From positions 3,609 through 35,608 of the forward strand of contig CAKONI010000003.1 in assembly GCA_934097105.1 (NCBI GenBank): DNA of 32,000 nucleotides. The letters run 5' to 3'. The notes under the pieces were generated by a model that saw only the letters and a list, made by a program, of their open reading frames with translations, was not told the DNA's origin and made no database searches. This document shows positions 15,267 to 23,481 of the stretch, piece after piece. The position numbers and the translations under genes are program-made. Within the stretch, counting starts at the first letter, position 1, and each line of letters begins with the position of its first letter. The DNA comes from an uncultured Bacilli bacterium (GTDB lineage Bacteria > Bacillota_I > Bacilli_A > RF39 > UBA660).

Positions 15267-17816
15267 TCACCTGTAAACCTTTCCGCTTATATTTGAATAA
15301 GTTCCTACTAATCTTTTTCCGTTTATTGTTTTGTATCCGGCAACTTTATAATAGTATGTTTTCTTTTTTGTTACTTTTTTGTCATTATAGTATAGTGTTT
15401 TATTAGAACTAATTCTTTTTATTAATTTATATCCAGAATTTTTGCTGGTGGATCTATAGATAAAGTATCCATCTGCACTTGGAATTTTACTATAAGAAAC
15501 TTTGATGTATCCTTTTTTGTTATATAGTGATAAAGTTGTTTTTGGAAGTGTTGGTTTTATGCTTATAACATTAGAATAACCAAATACTTTTTTACTATTA
15601 TATCTTGCTTTTACTCTATAGTAGTAAGTAGTATTCATATTTAATTTTTTATCTGTGTAATAATTATAATTGTCTTTTGTTGTATATATAACTTTGTATG
15701 GTCCATTTTTTGAAGTTGCTCTTTCGATAATATAGTTTTCTGCAACATAAATTTTGCTCCATTTTATGCTGGCTGTATTGTAGGTGTTTCCGTTAGTTTT
15801 AAGACTATATATTGAGCCTTCGTAGTTATTTCTACCTGTGTAAAGTTTAATTGTTTTTGTGGCCTTTACTCCGTTATCTGATGCTTTCACTGTTGCGGTT
15901 ATGTAGGTATAGCCTGCTCTTTTGGCAGTTACTTTTCCGTTTTGATCGATAGAGGCTACTCTTGGATTTGTACTTTCCCAGATAATAGTTGGTTCATAAG
16001 AAAGTTTTTTACCATAGATTCCTGTTACTTTGGTTTTGTAGGTATAACTTTCTCCATTTAGTAATTTACTTATTGGATTTATGAATTCAACTTTTTTAGG
16101 TAGTTCTCTTACTGTAACATCGAAACTATCAGTTAAAGTACCGTCATAATTTTTAACAGTAACTGTTGTTGTCCCTGCATTTTTGGCTACTAGAGCATAA
16201 CCAAGTAGGTTTTCTTCTATGTCTGCAACTTTTCTGTTTGATGATGAGTAGTAAATTTCTGGACTTTTTAATGTTTCTGGTGCGTATGATGCTGAAAGGT
16301 TGAATATATCACCAATGTAAAGTAAATTTTTTGTTTCAGCAAATTTAAGTTTAGTTAATTGTTCAGTGGCTTTTACTGTAACGGTAGTACTTGTTTTTAA
16401 GCCATCACAAGATGCTGTAATTGTGGTTGTCCCTTCGTTTATACCTCTTACGATTCCATTTGAGTCTACTGTGGCAATTCTTGGATTTGCGCTTTCCCAA
16501 GTAACTTCTTTTAGGGCTGTTGCAGGCCTTGTTAAAACTTCAAGTGAAATATCATCATCAAGTGGTACTATTTCTTCTTCTGTTTTCATTTTAATTGATG
16601 TGACTGTGCTATTTTTGCTTGCCATTTTGGCTGCTAAAACGGCATCTTTCGCATTAATGATACCATATGCTGTATAGTTGTTGAATACATTTTGAGATGT
16701 TGTGCCACAAAGGATGTTGTAAACTTGGCTAGGGGTTAAATTTGGATTTGCATCTAGCATTAGGGCTGCAACGGCACTGACAATTGGTGATGCCATAGAA
16801 GTTCCGCTCATTCTTCCGTATATATCTCCTGGAAGTGTGCTATAAATGTTATTTCCAGGTGCAGTTACGTCTTTATATTTACCATAATCTGACCAGTAGT
16901 TTGCTTTATCGTATTCGTTTGAGGAATTAACGCTAATAACTTCTTTAAAATCGCTTGGTGATGTGAAACTATTACTAGCATTGTTTCCTGCTGCTGCAAC
17001 TAAAACAACGCCTTTATTGTATGCATCTTTAACTGCTGCTTCGATTACTCTATCTCTTCCTAGTCCTCCGAAACTCATGTTGATTACTTTTGCACCATTT
17101 TCTGTTGAGTATTTTATTGCATGAGCGATATCAGCACTATATAAAAATCCTTCTTCTGATGTTCCAACTACCATGACTTCAACTAAGTCGTTATTAAATC
17201 CTGAGGCAACTCCAGCACTACCGAGTTTGTTACCGTAGGTTGCACCGATAATTCCTGCTACGTGGGTTCCATGTTCTTCAGTATCACTATCGGATGTAAG
17301 TACTTCTCCCCCACTGGTTATAGGGTAGTTGTCTCTATTTATTAAGTTTTTTTGGAGATCTTCATGGTAAACATCAACGCCAGAGTCAATAACTGCTACC
17401 TTAGTTTTTCTAGGTGTAGTAATAAGTCTCCAAGCGTCTAATGCTCTAAGTTTGTCAAACCAATAACTAGGTTTTGTGTCTATTATGGTGTTTTCTGAAA
17501 GTTTGTATTTATAGTTTGGCCCTGCGTACAAAACTTTACTGCTGTTTGAAAAGTCTTTGATGGCTTCTTTTAAAGTAGTATCATCAGAAATTGTGGCTTG
17601 TACAATTTTACTTTCATCTACTTTTATTATATTTTCTAAAGAGGCATCATTTCCTTCGACTATTTTATTAATAGTTTTATTTGAGGTGTCATCTTTAAAG
17701 ATTACAATAACTTCGTCTTTTTTATACTCCTTTCCTTTTAAGATATCATCTGCAAAAACAATAGGTGTATTAATAGCACATATGGCTATTAATAAAAATA
17801 AAATTTTCTTTCTCAT
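15267..17816 (-). CDS. Secreted subtilisin-family (S8) serine protease with Big_2 and FN3 domains
   Basis: Signal peptide is present. Catalytic triad contexts are VAVIDSGVD, HGTHVAGIIG and GTSMASPIVSA (Ser codon at 16797-16799). Three Big_2-like units follow (ATVDSNGIVRGINEGTTTITA, VADIEEN...AGTTTVTV, ASIDQNGKVTAKRAGYTYITATV). Two FN3-like units end in YYYRVKA and YYYKVAG. The second ATG (17816) is preferred for Shine-Dalgarno spacing; the ORF track starts at 17822. Confidence 0.85.
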   Translation of the reverse strand: MRKKILFLLIAICAINTPIVFADDILKGKEYKKDEVIVIFKDDTSNKTINKIVEGNDASLENIIKVDESKIVQATISDDTTLKEAIKDFSNSSKVLYAGPNYKYKLSENTIIDTKPSYWFDKLRALDAWRLITTPRKTKVAVIDSGVDVYHEDLQKNLINRDNYPITSGGEVLTSDSDTEEHGTHVAGIIGATYGNKLGSAGVASGFNNDLVEVMVVGTSEEGFLYSADIAHAIKYSTENGAKVINMSFGGLGRDRVIEAAVKDAYNKGVVLVAAAGNNASNSFTSPSDFKEVISVNSSNEYDKANYWSDYGKYKDVTAPGNNIYSTLPGDIYGRMSGTSMASPIVSAVAALMLDANPNLTPSQVYNILCGTTSQNVFNNYTAYGIINAKDAVLAAKMASKNSTVTSIKMKTEEEIVPLDDDISLEVLTRPATALKEVTWESANPRIATVDSNGIVRGINEGTTTITASCDGLKTSTTVTVKATEQLTKLKFAETKNLLYIGDIFNLSASYAPETLKSPEIYYSSSNRKVADIEENLLGYALVAKNAGTTTVTVKNYDGTLTDSFDVTVRELPKKVEFINPISKLLNGESYTYKTKVTGIYGKKLSYEPTIIWESTNPRVASIDQNGKVTAKRAGYTYITATVKASDNGVKATKTIKLYTGRNNYEGSIYSLKTNGNTYNTASIKWSKIYVAENYIIERATSKNGPYKVIYTTKDNYNYYTDKKLNMNTTYYYRVKARYNSKKVFGYSNVISIKPTLPKTTLSLYNKKGYIKVSYSKIPSADGYFIYRSTSKNSGYKLIKRISSNKTLYYNDKKVTKKKTYYYKVAGYKTINGKRLVGTYSNISGKVYR

Positions 17817-17843
17817 ATCCATACCTTCTTTCTATCTAAGAAA

Positions 17844-17872
17844 AGAATATCAGAAAAAATGGTCTCAGTCAA
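17844..17872 (-). promoter_or_regulatory. Sigma-A promoter of the S8-protease operon
   Basis: Minus strand reads TTGACT (17872-17867), 17-nt spacer, TATTCT (17849-17844). Confidence 0.5.
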
Positions 17873-17901
17873 GAAGAAATAGAAAAAAGGAAAATTAGTG
17901 C

Positions 17902-17919
17902 AAAAAATAGGATCCTATT
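17902..17919 (-). terminator. Weak terminator candidate after the AAA/VWA operon
   Basis: 14-nt perfect palindrome AATAGGATCCTATT (17906-17919), followed on the minus strand by T6. The effective stem is short. Confidence 0.3.
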
Positions 17920-17958
17920 AATAAATAGAACCCTATAGTAATAATATAATTTATCTTA

Positions 17959-19698
17959 TCATAATCTACTATTTTTCTCAGAGAAACTGGACTTTTGTAA
18001 TTCATTTTCTGGTATATTTATAACCTTGCCACCTCTTGGATATAATTGTTTATCCCCAAAAACAATCCATATTATATCAAGATTTTTATTAGGCACTTTA
18101 CCCCAGCCGTCAGTAAAAATGATTTTATTTTCAGTTCGTCTAGAAAAAGCATCAACCGCAACACTAAAATCAGTGCCACCACCACCTAAAAATTCCATAT
18201 CTTCTATATCTTTTTCACTTCTAATATCATTAAAACCATAAAATTTTGTATCAAAGCAACCGACTTTTAACTTAGAGTGTTTTAATATATTTTTACACTC
18301 CATAAGAAAATTACGTAATAATTCTTCATCAATAGAACCACTAGTGTCAAGAACAATTTCAGTCTCTGCAAAAGGTAACTCTTCCAATCTTGGAACTATA
18401 ACCCCATCTTCAATCTCAGCATTTCTGTAAGACCAATCAAGATCATACTTAGTAGCCTCTTTAAGTAAATATCTCCAGTCTAATAAAGGTTTAGATTTTC
18501 CAGATGAGTCAACATCTCTAGTATCACTACTAGTTAAATCACCATAACTCATTGGTTGTGATTCAATTTCCTTTTTTAAATCTTCAAGGGCTTTTTTCTT
18601 TTCTCTTCTATTTTCAGAGAAAGCACCTTTTTCACCCATTTCTTTTATTTTTTTCTTTAGTTCCTCTATACTACTATTTTCAGAATTTTTATCTTCATTT
18701 GAATTTTTTTCATTTTCTTCAAGTTCTTTTAAAGCATCATCCCATAGACTATGAGTATCGTGACCAACATCTTTTCTTTTGTTATTAGATGATTCGGATA
18801 AGTTTGAATTATCTTTTGATCTATTCTCATTTTTGGTTCCATCTTGTGATTTTGAATCTTTATTTTGTGGATCAGAATTCCCATTTTGCGAATTTGAATC
18901 TTTGTTTTGTGAATCAGAATCTCCATTTTGTGATTTTGAATCTTTATTTTGTGGATCAGAATTCACATTTTGTGATTTTGAATTCTTATTTTGTGAATCA
19001 GAATTTTCATCTTGTGAATTTGAGTCTTTGTTTTGTGGATCAGAATTCCCATTTTGTGATTTTGAATCTTTGTTTTGTGAATCAGAATTTTCATCTTGTG
19101 AATTTGAATCTTTGTTTTGTGAATCAGAATCTCCATCTTGTGAATTTGAGTCTTTGTTTTGTGAATCAGAATCTCCATCTTGTGAATTTGAATCTTTGTT
19201 TTGTGAATCAGAATTTTCATCTTGTGAATTTGAATCGTTGTTTGGTGAATCAAAATTTTCATCTTGATTATCATTTTCATTATTACTTTGATTTTGTTTT
19301 TCTTTCTCTTCTTCTATTAATTTGTCATAAAATTCTTCAGCATCATAATTTATAGCATCAGGCATGTCAACCCCATTTGGCATAATTGGAAGGCCATCCC
19401 TTTTCAAAAGTTGGTTTATAACTGCATCAGTTGCAACATTCCAAAAATACCTATCCTTATCTTTACTTCTAGGAACATGATCAAAAGCAATATGACAAAC
19501 TTCATGTGCGAGTACAAAAACTTGCTCATTGGTGTCCAAACTACTTAGAAAATCAGGATTATAATAAATATTTTTACCATTAGTAGACGCAGTGGATATG
19601 TTGTTATCCTCAATATAATTGGTATTAGCAACTATACTACCAAAGAAAGGATATTTAACAAGCATTTTTCTTTTTAAAGCACCAATATCATAACTCAT
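17959..19698 (-). CDS. HExxH putative metallopeptidase domain, Ser/Asp/Asn/Gln repeat linker, VWA-like domain (DUF2201-type architecture)
   Basis: 579 aa. N-terminus has PFFG, LAHEVCHIAFDH (HEVCH codons at 19492-19506) and NVATDAVIN. The C-terminus has the MIDAS-like motif VLDTSGSI (18334-18348), GGGTDF and IFTDGWG. About 150 aa of 14-aa repeats lie between the two domains. Confidence 0.75.
   Translation of the reverse strand: MSYDIGALKRKMLVKYPFFGSIVANTNYIEDNNISTASTNGKNIYYNPDFLSSLDTNEQVFVLAHEVCHIAFDHVPRSKDKDRYFWNVATDAVINQLLKRDGLPIMPNGVDMPDAINYDAEEFYDKLIEEEKEKQNQSNNENDNQDENFDSPNNDSNSQDENSDSQNKDSNSQDGDSDSQNKDSNSQDGDSDSQNKDSNSQDENSDSQNKDSKSQNGNSDPQNKDSNSQDENSDSQNKNSKSQNVNSDPQNKDSKSQNGDSDSQNKDSNSQNGNSDPQNKDSKSQDGTKNENRSKDNSNLSESSNNKRKDVGHDTHSLWDDALKELEENEKNSNEDKNSENSSIEELKKKIKEMGEKGAFSENRREKKKALEDLKKEIESQPMSYGDLTSSDTRDVDSSGKSKPLLDWRYLLKEATKYDLDWSYRNAEIEDGVIVPRLEELPFAETEIVLDTSGSIDEELLRNFLMECKNILKHSKLKVGCFDTKFYGFNDIRSEKDIEDMEFLGGGGTDFSVAVDAFSRRTENKIIFTDGWGKVPNKNLDIIWIVFGDKQLYPRGGKVINIPENELQKSSFSEKNSRL
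18823..19266 (-). repeat. In-frame 42-nt tandem repeat (21-nt sub-period), about 10.5 copies
   Basis: The unit TTGTGAATCAGAATTTTCATCTTGTGAATTTGAATCTTTGTT recurs with few substitutions. It encodes DS(N/K)SQ(D/N)(E/G)(N/D)SD(S/P)QNK. No stop codons occur in several frames, which explains the stacked ORFs in the track. Confidence 0.9.
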
Positions 19699-19702
19699 AG
19701 TA

Positions 19703-20077
19703 TTATTCCTTTATATGTGCTACTAACGAATAAATTTCTTCATTAATAGTATTTTTGTTTATTTCATTTGCCGTAATGATTATTACACAATTTTTTGGTA
19801 ACTCTAAAGTCCCTACTTTTCTATATTTCAATAATTCTAAAAACTTGACTTGTTCATCCTTTGAAATAGAATCTATTCTATCTATTACTAACAATTTCGC
19901 ATCACTATTACTTTTTATTAGTCTAAACCATTCAGGTTCATTTATATCTAATAACTCTTCACTACTTACATCTGCTGAAATAACAACACTGTCAGGTATA
20001 TCAAAAAGAAAATCTTCCAAAATAGGCGCTACATTATTACTTATATATGTTGATAATAACTCTCTCTTTTCTTTCAT
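19703..20077 (-). CDS. Small P-loop-less AAA+-like protein (Walker-B and sensor-1 half only)
   Basis: 124 aa. KLLVIDRIDSISKDEQVKFLELLKYRKVGTLELPKNCVIIITAN aligns with KLHIVFLDELTNALPSIQGIAFNIVLDKEVNGIWKLPSNARIVAAGN of the upstream ATPase. No GxxxxGK[ST] motif is present, and DE is replaced by DR. The start overlaps the upstream stop (TAATG). The stop lies 4 nt before the next start. Confidence 0.5.
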   Translation of the reverse strand: MKEKRELLSTYISNNVAPILEDFLFDIPDSVVISADVSSEELLDINEPEWFRLIKSNSDAKLLVIDRIDSISKDEQVKFLELLKYRKVGTLELPKNCVIIITANEINKNTINEEIYSLVAHIKE

Positions 20078-22038
20078 TATTTTCTCACTCCATTTTCCAT
20101 ATTAGATTCCAAAATCTTTTCCATTTTTTCTTCATCACCATGACACCACAAAGCATCAAAAATCTTTCTAAACTCTGGCCCCATTTCAAAAGCAAAATTT
20201 CTTGCTTTACTAAGATTTTCATCATCTACTCTAGAAAGACCCATCACTGTAGCATATCTTTCTGAGGTATTAAGCATTTCGATATCTCCCTTACTATAAT
20301 TATCATTTAGCACATCTTCAAGTGTTATAACCCTTTGTCTACAAAATGCTACGAATTCTTTTGTTATCTCTTCTCCAACTAAACTTCTTAACATCTCAGG
20401 ATTCTCTGTACTATAAAGCATTTTTGATGCCATTTCCCATTTCCTAGGATCAGCATTTGGTTTCTCACCATCATACTCACTTCTTAATACTTTATCTCTT
20501 TTAAATGCTATAAATGAATAAATTGCTGGATGTATATTATGCGTACTTGCCCACTTTAGCCAGTTTTCTACTGTTGTTTTTATATAAACATGTGCAAATC
20601 TATTAAACAAAGGCTCTGCCATTTGATTTGCTGCCAAACTATCTTTCATATCATTTCCCGCTGCCACTATTCTAGCGTTTGATGGAAGTTTCCAAATTCC
20701 ATTTACTTCTTTATCTAAAACAATGTTAAATGCTATACCTTGAATACTAGGAAGTGCATTAGTAAGTTCATCTAGAAATACTATATGTAACTTATCGGGT
20801 TCATTCTCACATTTTTCATTTATCTTTTTAAGCCAAGATGGCATAACATCTATCATCTCACCAGTTGTAGCATTATATACACTTTTACCATTTAAACTTT
20901 CTGGTGTAGCATTACGAAGATATATAATTACACAATCAGAATCAAATTGCTTAACTCTAGCACTCTTTCCCTCAGAAGAAGCCCCATGCAAAAATACTGG
21001 AATATCACTGTCAATTGCACCTTTGATCATTTCTTCCTCACTTATCTTATTAAAGTTAAGGTTATATGGATTCCTCATTCTTTCTCTCCTTTTTTCATTT
21101 TCTTTTTTCATTTTTTCATTTTCTTTTTTCATTTTTTCTATTTCTTCTCTTTGCATTTTAAAATTTTCTTTAGCTTGCTCCATTTCTTCATTTGTTAGTT
21201 CTTCATCACCACTCTCTTGTTCTTTTTTCTCTTTTAAATAATCATCAAAAGACATTGTTTCTCCAGAAACTTTTGTTATCTCATTTGAAGGTATTATTTC
21301 ATTAATGAAATATCTATTTAAATACATTTTCACATCACTATTTTGATAGTTGTTTCTGATGCTATCTACTTTTATTCCTGATACTAATACATCTTTGCTT
21401 ATAAAATTATTTTCATTTTCATCGTAAATCCACTTTATTGGTGAAACTGAAAACCATATATAATTATACGAATCAGCAGATTCTCCATTAGAAAAAATAG
21501 CTTTTCTTGATTTAGAATTTGGAACTACTCTTATATACTTTTTACCATCAAATTCATATTCAGAATAATAGTCAGGTAAAAAACCATCACAATCATCAAA
21601 TTGAGTTGAGTCCACTGTATAAGACTTATTTGTTTTTGCCAAGCTACCATTTTGATAAGAAAACTCTAAAAAATCATTCAAATAACCATCAACTATTTCT
21701 TGAGGATATTCTCCATATGAAACTTCCTTAAGACCATCAACCATCGAAATATTAGCCTCATCATCAGGTATATTTGATATGACAGGTCTAATTCCACAAT
21801 AACCTTGATTATCATGAAGATTCGTAAAAGATCCTTCTAAACTATGAACCCAGTCATACTCTTTATTTTTATTCAAAGTAAGATAAAAACTTGTGCGAAA
21901 TTTATCGCCATATGTAAACTCTTTAATACCAAGAAATCTAGCAAAATCAGAAGTATTGCTTTCCTTATTTACCATTTTCCTTATAAAGTCTGACCCTCCT
22001 TGTTTCTCGTTAGGTAAACTAATTTCAATATTATTCAT
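20077..22038 (-). CDS. MoxR-like (AAA_5-type) ATPase with an N-terminal ~250-aa extra domain and a Glu/Lys coiled-coil linker
   Basis: 653 aa. Walker A is HGASSEGKS (20962-20985), Walker B is HIVFLDELT, and sensor-1 is RIVAAGN. The N-terminal region carries YGEYPQ, GIRPV, IKWIYDE and SDVKMYLNRYF, which I recall from DUF6273-type Firmicutes modules (unverified). AAGAGGTG Shine-Dalgarno precedes the start. Confidence 0.7.
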   Translation of the reverse strand: MNNIEISLPNEKQGGSDFIRKMVNKESNTSDFARFLGIKEFTYGDKFRTSFYLTLNKNKEYDWVHSLEGSFTNLHDNQGYCGIRPVISNIPDDEANISMVDGLKEVSYGEYPQEIVDGYLNDFLEFSYQNGSLAKTNKSYTVDSTQFDDCDGFLPDYYSEYEFDGKKYIRVVPNSKSRKAIFSNGESADSYNYIWFSVSPIKWIYDENENNFISKDVLVSGIKVDSIRNNYQNSDVKMYLNRYFINEIIPSNEITKVSGETMSFDDYLKEKKEQESGDEELTNEEMEQAKENFKMQREEIEKMKKENEKMKKENEKRRERMRNPYNLNFNKISEEEMIKGAIDSDIPVFLHGASSEGKSARVKQFDSDCVIIYLRNATPESLNGKSVYNATTGEMIDVMPSWLKKINEKCENEPDKLHIVFLDELTNALPSIQGIAFNIVLDKEVNGIWKLPSNARIVAAGNDMKDSLAANQMAEPLFNRFAHVYIKTTVENWLKWASTHNIHPAIYSFIAFKRDKVLRSEYDGEKPNADPRKWEMASKMLYSTENPEMLRSLVGEEITKEFVAFCRQRVITLEDVLNDNYSKGDIEMLNTSERYATVMGLSRVDDENLSKARNFAFEMGPEFRKIFDALWCHGDEEKMEKILESNMENGVRK

Positions 22039-22118
22039 ACAAACACCTCTTAAGATAATAGTATCATAACTATAGATATTTGTATATTAATTAAAATTTA
22101 TTTTACAGAACTTTACAT

Positions 22119-22160
22119 AAAAAAAGAAATAACTAAGTTAAAATATTCTTAATTATTTCT
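22119..22160 (-). terminator. Intrinsic terminator of ftsY-ylxM
   Basis: 13-bp stem AGAAATAATTAAG / CTTAGTTATTTCT with one mismatch (22148-22160 with 22125-37) and a 10-nt loop. T7 follows on the minus strand. The ylxM stop codon (22133-22135) lies in the 3' arm of the stem. Confidence 0.65.
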
Positions 22161-22423
22161 TTTAGTTTTTCATCTTCGATAATATTTAGTATCTTCTTTT
22201 CCTTTTCATATAATTTGAGTTTGCACTCAAAATCCTTAAGTTCATCACTAACTTTTTTTAATCTTTTATGAATAGCATTCCTAGATATTCCCATATTAGA
22301 TGAAATTTCTCCTAGTGATAAATTATCAAAATAATAACTTTTAAAACAATCTCTATCCTTTTCATCAAGAAGTTCTTCATAATAATCAAAAAGAATAGTT
22401 AAATAAACATTTTCATCCATCAC
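22133..22423 (-). CDS. ylxM: YlxM/UPF0122 SRP-associated HTH protein
   Basis: 96 aa. LFDYYEELL..K.R......YYFDNLSLGEI resembles B. subtilis YlxM (LFDFYQSLLT.KQR...SLYYLDDLSLGEI). It overlaps the ftsY stop. The start is either GTG at 22423 or ATG at 22420 (TGATG overlap). Confidence 0.8.
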   Translation of the reverse strand: MMDENVYLTILFDYYEELLDEKDRDCFKSYYFDNLSLGEISSNMGISRNAIHKRLKKVSDELKDFECKLKLYEKEKKILNIIEDEKLKEIIKNILT

Positions 22424-23424
22424 ATCATATCCTTAAAAAGACCATATATATACTTTTCAATATCAAATGTTTGAAGATCATTATAGGTTTCACCGAAGCC
22501 TACATATTTTACTGGAATGTCGACTTCATCTTTTATAGCAAGTACAATACCACCTTTTGCAGTACCATCTAGTTTAGTAAGAACTATTCCTGTTATGTTT
22601 GTTACTTCTTTAAATGTTTTGGCTTGACTTATACCATTTTGTCCAGTGGTAGCGTCGATTACAAGTAATGTTTCGTGGGGTGCATCACTAATAAAGTTTG
22701 ATGTGACTCTATTGATTTTTTCAAGTTCTTTCATTAAATTAACTTTATTTTGCAAACGTCCAGCAGTATCTATTAAAACGATATCGAAGTTTTCTTCTTT
22801 TGCTTTTTCAAGACCATTATAGACAACTGAAGCTGGATCTTTTAATGATTCATCTCCTACAAAGGAGGCACCGGTTCTATCGGCCCATTCACGTAGTTGA
22901 TTGACAGCGCCTGCTCTAAAGGTGTCTGCTCCAATCATGAGTACTTTTTTACCTTTTTCGATTTCTTTTTTTGCTATTTTGGCAATAGTGGTTGTTTTAC
23001 CAACTCCGTTTACTCCTACGAAGAGGATAACAGTTGGACCTTCTTTTGCGTAATTAATTTTATCTATTAGAATATCGCCATCAACATAAATGATAAAAAG
23101 TTCATCAACTATTATTTCTTTAAGCATTTTTGGATCTTCTATTTTCTCGCTTTTTACTCTATCACGTAAGCGATCCATAAATTTCATAACAGTATTAACA
23201 CCAAGATCTGCCATAATTAATATTTCTTCTAGTTCGTAAAAGAATTCTTCTGTTATTTTATTATATTTATTTGTTATATTAATAAGTTTAGATACGAAGT
23301 TATCTCTTGTTTTAGTAAGACCCTTATCATATACTTTTACTTCATTTTCTAATTTTGAATTGTTACTACTTGTGGTTTCTTTTTCTTTGGAAAAAGCATT
23401 TTTAATTTTATTAAATAATCCCAT
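22420..23424 (-). CDS. ftsY: Signal recognition particle receptor FtsY
   Basis: [32 protein letters not shown]. The MGLFNKIK start at the ATG at 23424 is preferred. The GTG at 23433 lies inside the GGTGA Shine-Dalgarno. A TGA-TATAAT extended -10 lies at 23444-23452. Confidence 0.92.
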   Translation of the reverse strand: MGLFNKIKNAFSKEKETTSSNNSKLENEVKVYDKGLTKTRDNFVSKLINITNKYNKITEEFFYELEEILIMADLGVNTVMKFMDRLRDRVKSEKIEDPKMLKEIIVDELFIIYVDGDILIDKINYAKEGPTVILFVGVNGVGKTTTIAKIAKKEIEKGKKVLMIGADTFRAGAVNQLREWADRTGASFVGDESLKDPASVVYNGLEKAKEENFDIVLIDTAGRLQNKVNLMKELEKINRVTSNFISDAPHETLLVIDATTGQNGISQAKTFKEVTNITGIVLTKLDGTAKGGIVLAIKDEVDIPVKYVGFGETYNDLQTFDIEKYIYGLFKDMM

Positions 23425-23451
23425 ATAAATCACCCTATATAAGATTATATC

Positions 23452-23481
23452 AAAAAAAATACAGTATTAAAACTGTATTTT
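23452..23481 (-). terminator. Intrinsic terminator ending the paralogue operon
   Basis: Perfect 10-bp stem AAAATACAGT / ACTGTATTTT (23456-65 with 23472-81) and a 6-nt loop. T8 follows on the minus strand. The hairpin overlaps the stop of the small gene. Confidence 0.75.

Noticed and set aside
17906-17919. Perfect 14-nt palindrome AATAGGATCCTATT as a regulator binding site
   Set aside because: It occurs only once and has no partner half-sites. It is adequately explained as a small terminator-like hairpin with a T-run after the VWA gene, so it is kept only as a low-confidence terminator.
18779-19355. Four long overlapping ORFs on both strands (18779..19267+, 18789..19355+, 18963..19280-, 18729..18926-)
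   Set aside because: All lie inside the 42-nt tandem repeat, which lacks stop codons in several frames. Their products are monotonous repeat translations. The frame continuous with the HExxH and VWA domains is the real one.
13598-22038. Reading the AAA ATPase plus S8 protease as an IetAS-like ATPase/protease defence pair
   Set aside because: The S8 protease has a signal peptide and Big_2 and FN3 domains, so it is a secreted enzyme. It also has its own promoter and is separated from the ATPase by two genes and a probable terminator.
4420-22038. Accessory blocks as a discrete genomic island or prophage, with tRNA-Pro or tRNA-Arg as an integration site
   Set aside because: No integrase, recombinase, transposase or phage structural genes are present. 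I found no direct repeat of a tRNA 3' end by eye. spoIVA lies in the middle of the region. The mosaic origin remains only a hypothesis.
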